This document shows positions 54,194-59,310 of a DNA stretch of 59,310 nucleotides, piece after piece. The DNA is taken from the NCBI RefSeq assembly GCF_001194135.2, contig NC_068984.1, positions 74,857,821 through 74,917,130 on the forward strand, in the 5' to 3' direction. Origin of the DNA: Octopus bimaculoides. Lineage: Eukaryota. Under the pieces are notes generated by a model. It made no database searches, was not told the origin of the DNA, and saw nothing but the letters and a program-made list of their open reading frames with translations. Numbering within the stretch: the stretch's first letter is position 1; each line of letters opens with the position of its first letter. Made by a program: the position numbers and the translations under genes.

Positions 54194-56606
54194 GAACTTG
54201 AGCAGGAACAAACTTATAAATACCTCGGAATAAATAAAGGCTCGGAATAAACAACTGACTGAGAGGTGGGAACCTCTGCATGGCAAATATGTGGCCCGTA
54301 GTAAACAAGCTGATGTAGACCAGAAGCACACTCATCAGTGGCTACTGACCTCAAGGCTAAAGGCAGAGAGTTTATTGACCCGCATCTACCAAGCCAATGT
54401 GATGAAAATTGGAGTAGACTCAAAGTGCCGATACTGCAACGATGGGATTGAAACAAGGGACCACTTAGTTACAGGGTGTAGAATTTTAGCACTTCTAGAG
54501 TATAAATCAAAACATGACAGACTTGACCAATATTTACACTAGAAAATATGTCGGCATTATAAAACCAAAATTGCTGACAAATTGTATAAGCACCACGCTG
54601 AGGTTGTAACTGAGGGAGAAGGTGTATCGATTCTCTGGGACTTTCCAGTACATACAGACCGGATCATCAAAATTAATAAACCAGATATTGTTGTGAAAGA
54701 CCAAAACAATAAAGTTTGTTTATTGATTGACATGAGCATACCTTGTGATCATAATATCTCGGCAAAACATTTCGTAAGCTCAGGAAATATAAAGAATTAT
54801 AAACTGAAATCGAATAATGTGGCATCTCAAGATGGTTACAATATTAGTCATTGTAAGAGCACTTGGAATTATCAAAAAAGGAACTGAAAATTATTCGAGA
54901 ATGAACCCTAGCTTACAATCCATGCAAGAAGTGCAAAAGATCGTTTGACATGTCATAAATATTGCGAAGTGCATTGTCACTGTGGATTTGTTTTTCTTTT
55001 TTGCCCCTTTATTTTCTGTTTTCTTTTTCTTTCCATGTTTTTCCTATTTTTTTCGTTTTCCTGCTTCCTTTTTTTCTTTCTTTCGTCTTTTTTTTTTTCT
55101 ATCAGTTAACTTGACGTTGAAAATGGACAATCTGGTGTGTTTATTTTAGTAGCAAATGCATACATAAGGTTTCCTTGCACTAGGTGTCGGAAAGACACTC
55201 AGAAAGAAATGGAAACAAAATAATAATAATAATAATAATAATAGTAATCTTTTCTACTCTAGGCACAAGGCCCGAAATTTTGGGGGAGAGAGCCAGTCGA
55301 TTAGATCGATCCCAGTACGCAGCTGGTACTTAATTTATCGATCCCGAAAGGATGAAAGGTAAAGTCGACCTCGGAGGAATTTGAACTCAGAACATAAAGA
55401 CAGACGAAATACCGCTAAGCATTTCGCCCGGCGTGCTAACGTTTCTGCCAGCTTGCCGCCAATTATAAATGCTCTGATACAATCCCAGACACTGGCTCAC
55501 ATGGTCTCTGATCTTAACTAATTGGAAGTGCTATCATGTACATGTTTTGTTTACATATAAAATATGGCGTACAGTAAATATTCTGCTCAATACCACAGAT
55601 TTGCTTGTGAATTGCTTGGCCTTAACCAGTTGAGCATGTCCTTTAGTGGCTGACGATATGTGCAGCCACTTCTGATCATGAGTAGAAGTAGTCGGGGAGC
55701 ATCATAGCCATGTGTTAAGGGGAATTCTCTGAGGTTTCAATAATTCACCTCTGGAAACATGGGTGTTTTGTTTAACATCCTTAAACATTATCAAGGACGT
55801 TTTGAGAGGGATGAGGAACTCGACCTGAAGAAAATTCTGAGACCCACCTACAAGGTCATGCACTGTGTATACTGATATGATATCACCATGTCACGTACAT
55901 ATGGTTGTGATACATGTGTCTGATGTAATCTTAGCAGATGGGTAGTCATGATGTGTATACTAGGCTTCGTATAGTTGCACTCCAGTGTCACTTTGACGGC
56001 ATTCGCTACTCTCACATTCAATAACAACAATAATGCACACCTCTGTAGCTGATTATGCACTTCATATTCTTTTCTACTCTAGGCACAAGGCCCGAAATTT
56101 TGCGGCTGGGGGCCAGTCGATTAGATCGACAACAGTACGCAACTGGTCCTTAATTTATCGACCCCCAAAGGATGAAAAGCAAAGTCAACCTCGGCGGTAT
56201 TTGAACTAAGAACGTAAAGACAGACGAAATACCGCTAAGCATTTCGTCCGGCGTGCTAACATTTGTGCCAGGTCACCGCCTTATACACTCCATATTAGAA
56301 ACGCAATTGTTTCTTGAATGTAAATAATATCATTTCTTCTACTTTTAGATACTACTACAAACGCAACAGTTACTGGTATGTATGCAAAATGTAAGTTGAT
56401 ATACAAATCATTTATTTTTATCTTTCACTTGTTTCAGTCATTGGACTGTGACCATATTGGGACCCCACTTTAGAGGGTTTTATTGAACAAATGAACACCA
56501 GTACTTATTATCTGTTTTTAAGTCTGCTACTTGATTTCTTTGGCCCTGCCGCTAAGTTACGGGAGCGCAAACAAACCAGTACTCGTTGTTACGAGGTGAG
56601 GGTCAA

Positions 56607-56651
<45 letters not shown>

Positions 56652-58641
56652 NNNNNNNNNNNNNNNNNNNNNNNNNNNNNNNNNNNNNNNNNNNNNNNNN
56701 NNNNNNNNNNNNNNNNNNNNNNNNNNNNNNNNNNNNNNNNNNNNNNNNNNNAGATAGATAGATAGATAGATAGACAATTATTTTATATCATTGGTGTGAC
56801 ATTTTAACCAAAGTATATTGACAAGACAGGATGACCTTGTTTTTAAAAATGTCATTAGTTAGACCACGAGACAAAGAAATGCTTTATGTCCATATAAGGA
56901 TAATGTGTAAATATATTTCGATAGAAGAATGTTTTATATTCTTTCTTCTACTTCCAGATACAAACCCGGTGTACTAACGACAGCATCAACTTGTATAAAG
57001 ACGACATTTCACACCCACACACGCACACAGTGCACACGTGCACGTGCGTGTTCACGCAAACACACACTAATACAAAACAACAGTTATCTATTTGTTCTGA
57101 TCTAACCGACTATATACCCTCTCTTCCTATAGTTTTATAGACATCTATTTTTGTCATGGTTATTGTCATAGTTGTTGTCATAGCTGTTGCTGTTGCTTTC
57201 ATAGTTGTTGTTGTTGCTGTTGATGTTGATGTTTTCGTTTAATCGCAGTTTAGTCCTGATGAAGCACATCTAAGATCACACAGACTTCCAGCAATAATTA
57301 TCCCGTATTTTTTCTTTCAATATATCAAGATCTACATGAACAAGTTTATCTTTATTTTAATATGGTAGGGTTGTGATTTCCAGTACGCTGCCATATAGGG
57401 ATTCACTCAATAGGCATACACCTGAACTTCTAACTTCAACTAGTAAAAAAGTATTTCTTATTAATTCAATAAATGTAGAGTTTACTTTAACAAATATTTT
57501 GGTTCTTTTCTTTTTCTTTTACCATTTTCAGCTAGTTCCAGCGATACAGCTTTTAACCCTGAAGCCTCCGAAGGTAAGTTGGTAAACATACATATATAAG
57601 TATGCGTGTGTGTATGTGTGTATAAATCTATGCTTAAAAACAAATTTCACTGTAAAAATAATTTCACGTGTTCATCACAGAATCCATTTTATGTTACTTA
57701 ATGTAGTGGTTATAACGAAAACTACAAAAGACAAACGAGAGTTTGAGAAACAGACTCAGTATTCATAGGCAACAAATACGAGATCCTAATACTGGACAGA
57801 TTCCACTAAGTGAACATTTAAACTTATGAGCAACAAAAATCACCGAAATTCCTTCTCACTTAACTTTTGCTCTGTGAAAAACAAGATCAAATACACACAC
57901 ACACACTCATATGTATATATACATGCACGCCCACACACAAACACACACATATACACACACACACACACACAACCAACCTGCATGCGCATTGGTCAAAACC
58001 ATATTCCAAAACTTTAGCTTGCTGGAGCGTTCTAAGAGGTAATGCAGTTGTCAAGAACTCAACTGGCAATTAAATACATTTTGAAATCTGATGATTGTTA
58101 CGAACGTATGGCGTCGCTAATTGATCTTTATGTACATTACAAAATATTATTTTAATGTTAAAATTCCATAATCAAAAAGGTGAAAACCAGGCCATGTTTT
58201 AACGTTATTCAACTGATATATTATTCTATACACATTCACGCAAATTTGGAAAATATGTATATACATATGCACATGTATATATATATACACACATACACAC
58301 ACGTATCATCTTCCAGCTTTTTACGCATTTGAGATGAATGAAAAGTAGAAAATGGCCTTGATTTCATAATGGTCAATAGCTATAAAACGAGACAGTCAAT
58401 TATATCAAGATCTAGTTTATATTTATTTTAATATGGTAGGGCTGTGATTTCCAGTACGCTGCCATATAGGGATTCGCTCAATAGGCATACACCTGAACTT
58501 CTAACTTCAACTACTGAAAAAGTATGTCTTATTAATTCAATAATTGTAATCTTTACTTTAAAAAATTTTTTTTTTTTTTTCTTCTTTTACCATTTTCAGT
58601 TAGTTTCAGCGATACAGCTTTTAACCCTGAAGCCGCCATAA
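408..58641 (+). CDS. Partial multi-exon gene built from symmetric phase-1 micro-exons (E1-E19); unknown low-complexity, probably secreted or mucin-like protein; 5' and 3' ends lie outside the window
   Basis: 18 clear exons plus 1 tentative exon, each with pyrimidine tract+AG and GT donor, length divisible by 3, open in phase 1; concatenation gives an uninterrupted frame of 381-396 codons with no Cys. Confidence 0.8.
1081..1450 (-). mobile_element. Penelope-like element fragment (GIY-YIG endonuclease C-terminus plus 3' region)
   Basis: ORF 1048..1446: LADHI..VTTHF..HSRSNLSV..EQRFIFEFGDMSPTGLNE. Confidence 0.7.
2000..2840. repeat. Fold-back of an unclassified ~340-bp dispersed repeat (family E): about 1.4 direct units followed by one inverted unit
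   Basis: 2005-2130 matches 2345-2470; 2475-2840 is the reverse complement of 2000-2360. Confidence 0.85.
3400..3880 (+). mobile_element. Penelope-like element, decayed GIY-YIG endonuclease
   Basis: CPLEGNCLEKGIVY..Y..HQNSF..KISWTILEKAKPY..CSLCLTEKLFI..LNQRRELL. Confidence 0.8.
5709..5714 (+). CDS. Candidate 6-nt micro-exon (AT CTC T)
   Basis: ttatttttatgctgttag|ATCTCT|gtaagt; symmetric phase 1; starts with AT like most exons of this gene. Confidence 0.3.
5760..6325 (+). repeat. Two tandem copies (period about 351 bp) whose head belongs to repeat family E
   Basis: ctatttgccaac..gatggga..ttag.c.ccaggaaacat.gtttccag..ttattgccctttatc.gcacagagta.ctgcttg occurs twice. Confidence 0.85.
6775..7663 (-). 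mobile_element. 5'-truncated Penelope-like element: endonuclease C-terminus flanked by inverted pLTR-like arms
   Basis: ORF 7076..7342 (VATHFNTVNHSIADLSV..EQCLIFYVGTMSPTGVNE); arms 6780-7108 and 7320-7660 are reverse complements. Confidence 0.8.
7593..7630 (+). ncRNA. Degenerate minimal hammerhead-ribozyme-like motif (second copy on - strand at 6811-6843)
   Basis: ccCTGACGAaagatcgcatccGAAAcgttgg: CUGANGA/GAAA core, short stem II, palindromic stem III, located in a PLE terminal repeat. Confidence 0.5.
8150..9250 (-). mobile_element. Decayed R4/NeSL-type (RLE) non-LTR retrotransposon, RT region
   Basis: Minus-strand translation WELIKALQLVKVPQLIVSAVERL..SDSLSVKLFLLLLDSLSYL..ITHL; stops and frameshifts. 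Confidence 0.6.
9499..9621 (+). CDS. E2, 123 nt: xYGKDRIMAHDVHDADESRGFHLARPPHRGLGGIEHSLTKQ
   Basis: ttttttttttcag|AT...CAA A|gtaagt; phase 1-1; paralog of E1. Confidence 0.85.
10558..11330 (-). mobile_element. Internally deleted mariner element
   Basis: TIR-like end tacacgtggtggtgtcagaaagttcccgga; N-terminal FCVKLGKSATETLSMLQQA; C-terminal PDLAATDFYLFSKMKMQLKGHRF. Confidence 0.75.
11572..11752 (-). mobile_element. SINE family A
   Basis: Reverse complement of the family A body. Confidence 0.75.
11880..12250. mobile_element. Dispersed repeat family D (second copy at 55480-56015)
   Basis: Shared tgatcttaact..ggaagtg..caataccacagatttgcttgt..actcgacctgaagaaaattct. Confidence 0.75.
12450..13670 (+). 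mobile_element. Decayed L1/Tx1-like LINE ORF1 fragment containing a 3 x 25-bp internal repeat at about 13435-13515
   Basis: RTVVYR..YGTVEVRFANE..RVPPEIKEAWL..LRVVVEGRPP. Confidence 0.55.
14231..14296 (+). CDS. E3, 66 nt: xSLQSYYQNYYQLGSMRRNPLR
   Basis: tctttttcag|AT...AGA G|gtaaat; open in phase 1. Confidence 0.75.
14830..15213 (-). mobile_element. tRNA-derived SINE, family C, full length (second copy at 50311-50650 runs into a gap)
   Basis: Minus-strand head gtggaggcgcaatggcccggtggttagggtagcggactcgcggtcataggatcgtggtttcgattccc with A/B-box-like motifs; two highly similar copies. Confidence 0.85.
16506..16701 (-). mobile_element. SINE family A, diverged
   Basis: ggcacaaggcc..gtcgattacatcga..atttgaactcagaa..gaaatgccgttaagca. 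Confidence 0.7.
16878..16916 (+). CDS. E4, 39 nt (or 33 nt using the inner donor): xLQTLASFASNGN
   Basis: atttcag|AT...AAT G|gtgaga; alternative donor G|gtaatg after 16910; ends FASxGNG like E15. Confidence 0.7.
17150..17590 (+). mobile_element. Heavily decayed mariner transposase fragment
   Basis: Remnants of GVVHFE..TI..YCQQ..PALVNREGII..PYSPDVVPSDF. Confidence 0.6.
18020..18700 (-). mobile_element. L1/Tx1-like ORF1 fragment
   Basis: FPDILKMAGSRYPVTLEGRPPSVT followed by a basic low-complexity linker; same motif as the element at 12450-13670. Confidence 0.55.
21697..21723 (+). CDS. E5, 27 nt: xYGGVATPA
   Basis: ttatattccacag|AC...GCA A|gtaagtcgat. Confidence 0.8.
22030..22480 (-). mobile_element. 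Possible decayed Penelope-like endonuclease fragment
   Basis: Minus-strand ..QICTARNLEILYAKTTNSQ.. resembles the GIY-YIG C-terminal motif seen at 3400-3880. Confidence 0.35.
23833..24292 (+). mobile_element. tRNA-derived SINE, family B, full length, with internal (TA)n(GA)n microsatellite
   Basis: ggcgcaggagtggctgtgtggtaag..ccgggttcattcccactgcgtggcaccttgggcaagtg..tgactgaaacaagtaaaagag. Confidence 0.85.
24976..25008 (+). CDS. E6, 33 nt: xSAEMFAKKEN
   Basis: ttttataccatcacag|AA...AAC G|gtaagttgatatac. Confidence 0.8.
27216..27260 (+). CDS. E7 (tentative), 45 nt: xNIFMHMNVWLNVNL
   Basis: aacattttcag|GA...TTA G|gtatgt; open in phase 1, but the composition is atypical for this gene and it has no paralogous flank. 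Confidence 0.4.
28172..28275 (+). repeat. Two ~40-bp direct repeats (gacagtgatttcaaagtttc.ctggccttctgtatgtaaa)
   Basis: Direct reading. Confidence 0.85.
28792..28833 (+). CDS. E8, 42 nt: xKNNKASSSGGHPT
   Basis: ttttaattacag|AT...ACC A|gtaagt; upstream flank paralogous to E9. Confidence 0.85.
28935..29790 (+). mobile_element. R4/NeSL-type non-LTR element, N-terminal region (Myb-like), decayed
   Basis: RKRLKWTKENNKLLFQCY..YMKRLLELW..DQIRKI..KRLPSLK..LMYVAAYVI. Confidence 0.6.
29790..30450 (+). mobile_element. Mariner 3' half (catalytic domain remnant plus TIR)
   Basis: GIVFIDYLQKGHTINGEYCANLLRQLRKAIK..VLFHQDD..SPDLVASDYHL. Confidence 0.85.
30730..30771 (+). CDS. E9, 42 nt: xKYKQIAAAARNEA
   Basis: ttttttaattacag|AG...GCC G|gtaagttgac. 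Confidence 0.85.
30786..31220 (-). mobile_element. SINE family B, full length, starting about 15 nt after the E9 donor
   Basis: atcttttatcttttacttgtttcagt...ttcccaaggtgcaacgcag..cagccacgccagcacc. Confidence 0.8.
32271..32300 (+). CDS. E10, 30 nt: xSSRQKGKRK
   Basis: atcttcctcttttag|GT...AAA A|gtaagttgatat. Confidence 0.75.
32684..32897. mobile_element. Small MITE-like element with short TIRs, abutting the mariner downstream
   Basis: cttgacagtaaatcaaaa ... ttttgatttactgtcagg. Confidence 0.45.
32902..34173 (+). mobile_element. Near full-length mariner (about 1.27 kb); transposase pseudogene at 33088-34096
   Basis: TIRs tatcagttcatgccataagttctgtccga / tcggacagaacttatgggatgacctgata in TA context; MEVSKEYLRHILLYEYKKG..*VPHEL..HQDNARPH..YSPDLAPSDYHLF; stops and frameshifts. 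Confidence 0.95.
34380..34620 (+). mobile_element. Decayed mariner 5' fragment
   Basis: FCIKLAKNATETYEML-like translation. Confidence 0.45.
35000..35873 (+). mobile_element. Tc1/mariner element of DD41D (rosa/VS)-like type, internally deleted and frameshifted
   Basis: FSDEATVHVSGHINRHNC..QDRAP-(42 aa)-PCDFVLW; degenerate TIRs sharing gccaaaatta. Confidence 0.75.
37654..37692 (+). CDS. E11, 39 nt: xSKTEEFITSNEN
   Basis: tgctatttttcag|TG...AAT G|gtatgc; flanks paralogous to E12 and E15. Confidence 0.8.
38102..38140 (+). CDS. E12, 39 nt: xPERVGQSTTNEN
   Basis: tttctattttcag|AG...AAT G|gtgcgt; lies 448 bp downstream of its paralog E11. Confidence 0.8.
40082..41884. mobile_element. Non-autonomous fold-back element with ~380-bp TIRs and an AT-rich ~1.05-kb core
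   Basis: 40082-40458 is the reverse complement of 41503-41884 with scattered mismatches. Confidence 0.9.
42330..42840 (+). mobile_element. Penelope-like element fragment (RT C-terminal linker into GIY-YIG)
   Basis: EIARINNNCS..LNGYLPSLV..LKLPLFDD..CPINNPELCQGTYVV*EITCGKCGASYI. Confidence 0.8.
43966..44250 (+). CDS. E13, 285 nt repeat exon: xTDTNHTTHANGTAHANSTTHT-(K[G/D/S]TSPM)x9-KGTTHAKGSAPTKDSADTK
   Basis: ttcttttatacctag|GC...AAA G|gtaaga; overlaps supplied ORF 43944..44507; 18-bp periodicity in frame. Confidence 0.85.
43977..44246 (+). repeat. Coding minisatellite, 15 x 18 bp; 9 near-perfect core units aaa(g/a)(g/a)tacttcacctatg at 44031-44192
   Basis: Direct reading of the tandem units. 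Confidence 0.95.
44940..45094 (-). mobile_element. SINE family B, 5' half
   Basis: ctttcagtttcc..atccactcacaagg..cccaaggtgtcacg..acgcctgcgcct. Confidence 0.7.
45822..45878 (+). CDS. E14, 57 nt: xPSKPSDPSKPSDAIPIPA
   Basis: tataatttcag|AT...GCG A|gtaaga; internal 18-bp duplication. Confidence 0.8.
46231..46680 (+). mobile_element. Two tandem SINE family A copies (46231-46433 and 46469-46680)
   Basis: g(g)cggcgagctggcagaat heads with complete bodies. Confidence 0.85.
46698..46847 (+). mobile_element. Left end of a second copy of the GGATC-terminated MITE, running into a gap
   Basis: Near-identical to 48261-48410. Confidence 0.85.
48081..48119 (+). CDS. E15, 39 nt: xAYSFGRFASGGN
   Basis: cctttctctttgtag|GC...AAT G|gtacgt; downstream intron resembles that of E12. 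Confidence 0.8.
48261..48799. mobile_element. Complete ~540-bp MITE with GG termini and an 8-bp TSD (CATTTGCG); Merlin-like
   Basis: TIRs ggatcttttttaaaacaggggccacatttttcattaa / ttaatgaaaaatgtggccccgttttaaaaaagatcc; catttgcg at 48253-48260 and 48800-48807. Confidence 0.8.
51005..51325 (-). mobile_element. R4/Dong-like element 3' end (RLE C-terminus)
   Basis: EERKVDRYDRLAWEVRQLW..VIPIIVGALGTV..LQKTALLGTARILR; ends in (TAA)n. Confidence 0.8.
51328..51745 (-). mobile_element. Two partial SINE family A copies separated by (TAT)n(TAG)n
   Basis: Reverse-complement family A motifs. Confidence 0.7.
51846..51887 (+). CDS. E16, 42 nt: xTAMNTTVPAEDAK
   Basis: tttttcaattttag|AT...AAG A|gtgagttgac; paralog of E17. 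Confidence 0.8.
51908..52400. mobile_element. SINE family B 3' half (- strand) plus a second copy (+ strand), forming an inverted pair
   Basis: 52010-52150 is the reverse complement of 52235-52390. Confidence 0.8.
53762..53915 (-). mobile_element. SINE family B, 5' half
   Basis: acgacggcttctttcagtttcc..ccttggtcggccc..atagtagaagacact. Confidence 0.75.
54000..54190. repeat. Compound trinucleotide microsatellite (AAT)n(AAG)n(AAC)n(AAT)n
   Basis: Direct reading. Confidence 0.95.
54191..55220 (+). mobile_element. R4/Dong-like non-LTR element 3' portion: CCHC zinc knuckle, RLE endonuclease and 3' UTR
   Basis: CRYCNDGIETRDHLVTGC..ILWDFPVHTD..KPDIVV..LIDMSIP; (TAA)n on both sides. Confidence 0.85.
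55251..55460 (-). mobile_element. SINE family A, full length (another copy at 56068-56280)
   Basis: cttttctactctaggcacaaggcccgaaatttt...ctgccagcttgccgcc. Confidence 0.85.
56349..56390 (+). CDS. E17, 42 nt (or 27 nt using the inner donor): xTTTNATVTGMYAK
   Basis: tttcttctacttttag|AT...AAA T|gtaagttgatatac; inner donor G|gtatgt after 56375. Confidence 0.8.
56410..56610 (-). mobile_element. SINE family B 3' half directly after E17, at the same position as the copy after E16
   Basis: cttgtttcagtcattggactg..tttttaagtctgctact shared with 51908-52060. Confidence 0.8.
56958..56977 (+). pseudogene. E17b: duplicated acceptor leading to an in-frame stop (xTNPVY*); pseudo-exon or alternative terminal exon
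   Basis: tttcttctacttccag|ATACAAAC parallels the E17 acceptor; TAA at 56975-56977; no phase-1 donor before the stop. Confidence 0.4.
57532..57573 (+). CDS. E18, 42 nt: xSSSDTAFNPEASE
   Basis: ttttaccattttcag|CT...GAA G|gtaagttgg. Confidence 0.85.
58600..58641 (+). CDS. E19, 42 nt: xSFSDTAFNPEAAI
   Basis: ttttaccattttcag|TT...ATA A|gtaagttgg; tandem duplicate of E18. Confidence 0.85.
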   Translation, partial: LVSAIQLLTLKPP

Positions 58642-59310
58642 GTAAGTTGGTAAACATACATATATATGTATGCGTGTGTGCATGTGTGCGAAAATTTATG
58701 CTTAAAAAAATTTCGCTGTAAAAATAATTTCACGTGTTCATCACAGAATCCATTTTATGCTATTTAATGTAGTGGTTGCAACGAAAATTACAAAAGACAA
58801 ACGAGATTTTAAAAAACAGACTCAGTATTCATAGGCAACAAATACGAGAACCTAATACTGCACAAATTCTTCTAAGTGAACATTTAAACTTATGAGTAAC
58901 AAAAAATCACCGAAATTCGTTCTCACTTAACTTTTGTTCAGTAAAAAACAAGATAAAATACACAAACACATATATATGTATATACATACACGCAAAGACA
59001 CGCATACACACACACAATCAAGCCGCATGCGGATTAGTCAAAACCGTACACTAAAACTTTAGCTTGTTGGAGCGTCCTAAGAGGTACTACAGTTGTCAAG
59101 AACTCGATTGTCAATTAAATACATTTTGAAATCTGATGATTACTACGAATGTTTGAAGGCGCTAATTGATCTATATATACATTACAAAATATTCTTTTAA
59201 TGTTAAAATGCCATAATAAAATAGGGGGAGAAGGCCATGTTTTAATTTTATCCAACTGATATATTATTCTATACACATTCACACAAATTCGCAATATATA
59301 TATATATATA

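Larger units (their letters stand above)
57321..59310 (+). repeat. Tandem segmental duplication, period about 1,068 bp, each copy carrying one exon (E18, E19)
   Basis: 57321-58270 aligns with 58401-59310 along its length; both copies start tatatcaagatcta. Confidence 0.95.

Overview
AT-rich, microsatellite- and transposon-dense animal scaffold with more than ten N-gaps. The SINE families resemble those I recall from Octopus, so an octopod genome is likely (inference, not verified). None of the supplied ORFs is an intact gene: they are microsatellite noise, decayed mariner/Tc1, Penelope, R4/Dong-like or L1/Tx1-like fragments, or happen to overlap real small exons. Reading splice signals by hand reveals one + strand gene that spans the whole window and continues beyond both ends. 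It has 18 well-supported exons plus one tentative exon. All are AG..GT bounded, all are multiples of 3 and all are phase 1-1; most are 27-66 nt. Together they give about 1,143-1,188 nt (381-396 codons) of open, Cys-free, low-complexity protein with a 15 x 6-aa repeat exon ([G/D/S]TSPMK). Many exons are duplicates whose intron flanks are better conserved than their coding sequence. This is a micro-exon gene (MEG)-like, rapidly diversifying system comparable in architecture to Schistosoma MEGs. No start or stop exon is visible, no product can be named, and no RNA evidence is available here.
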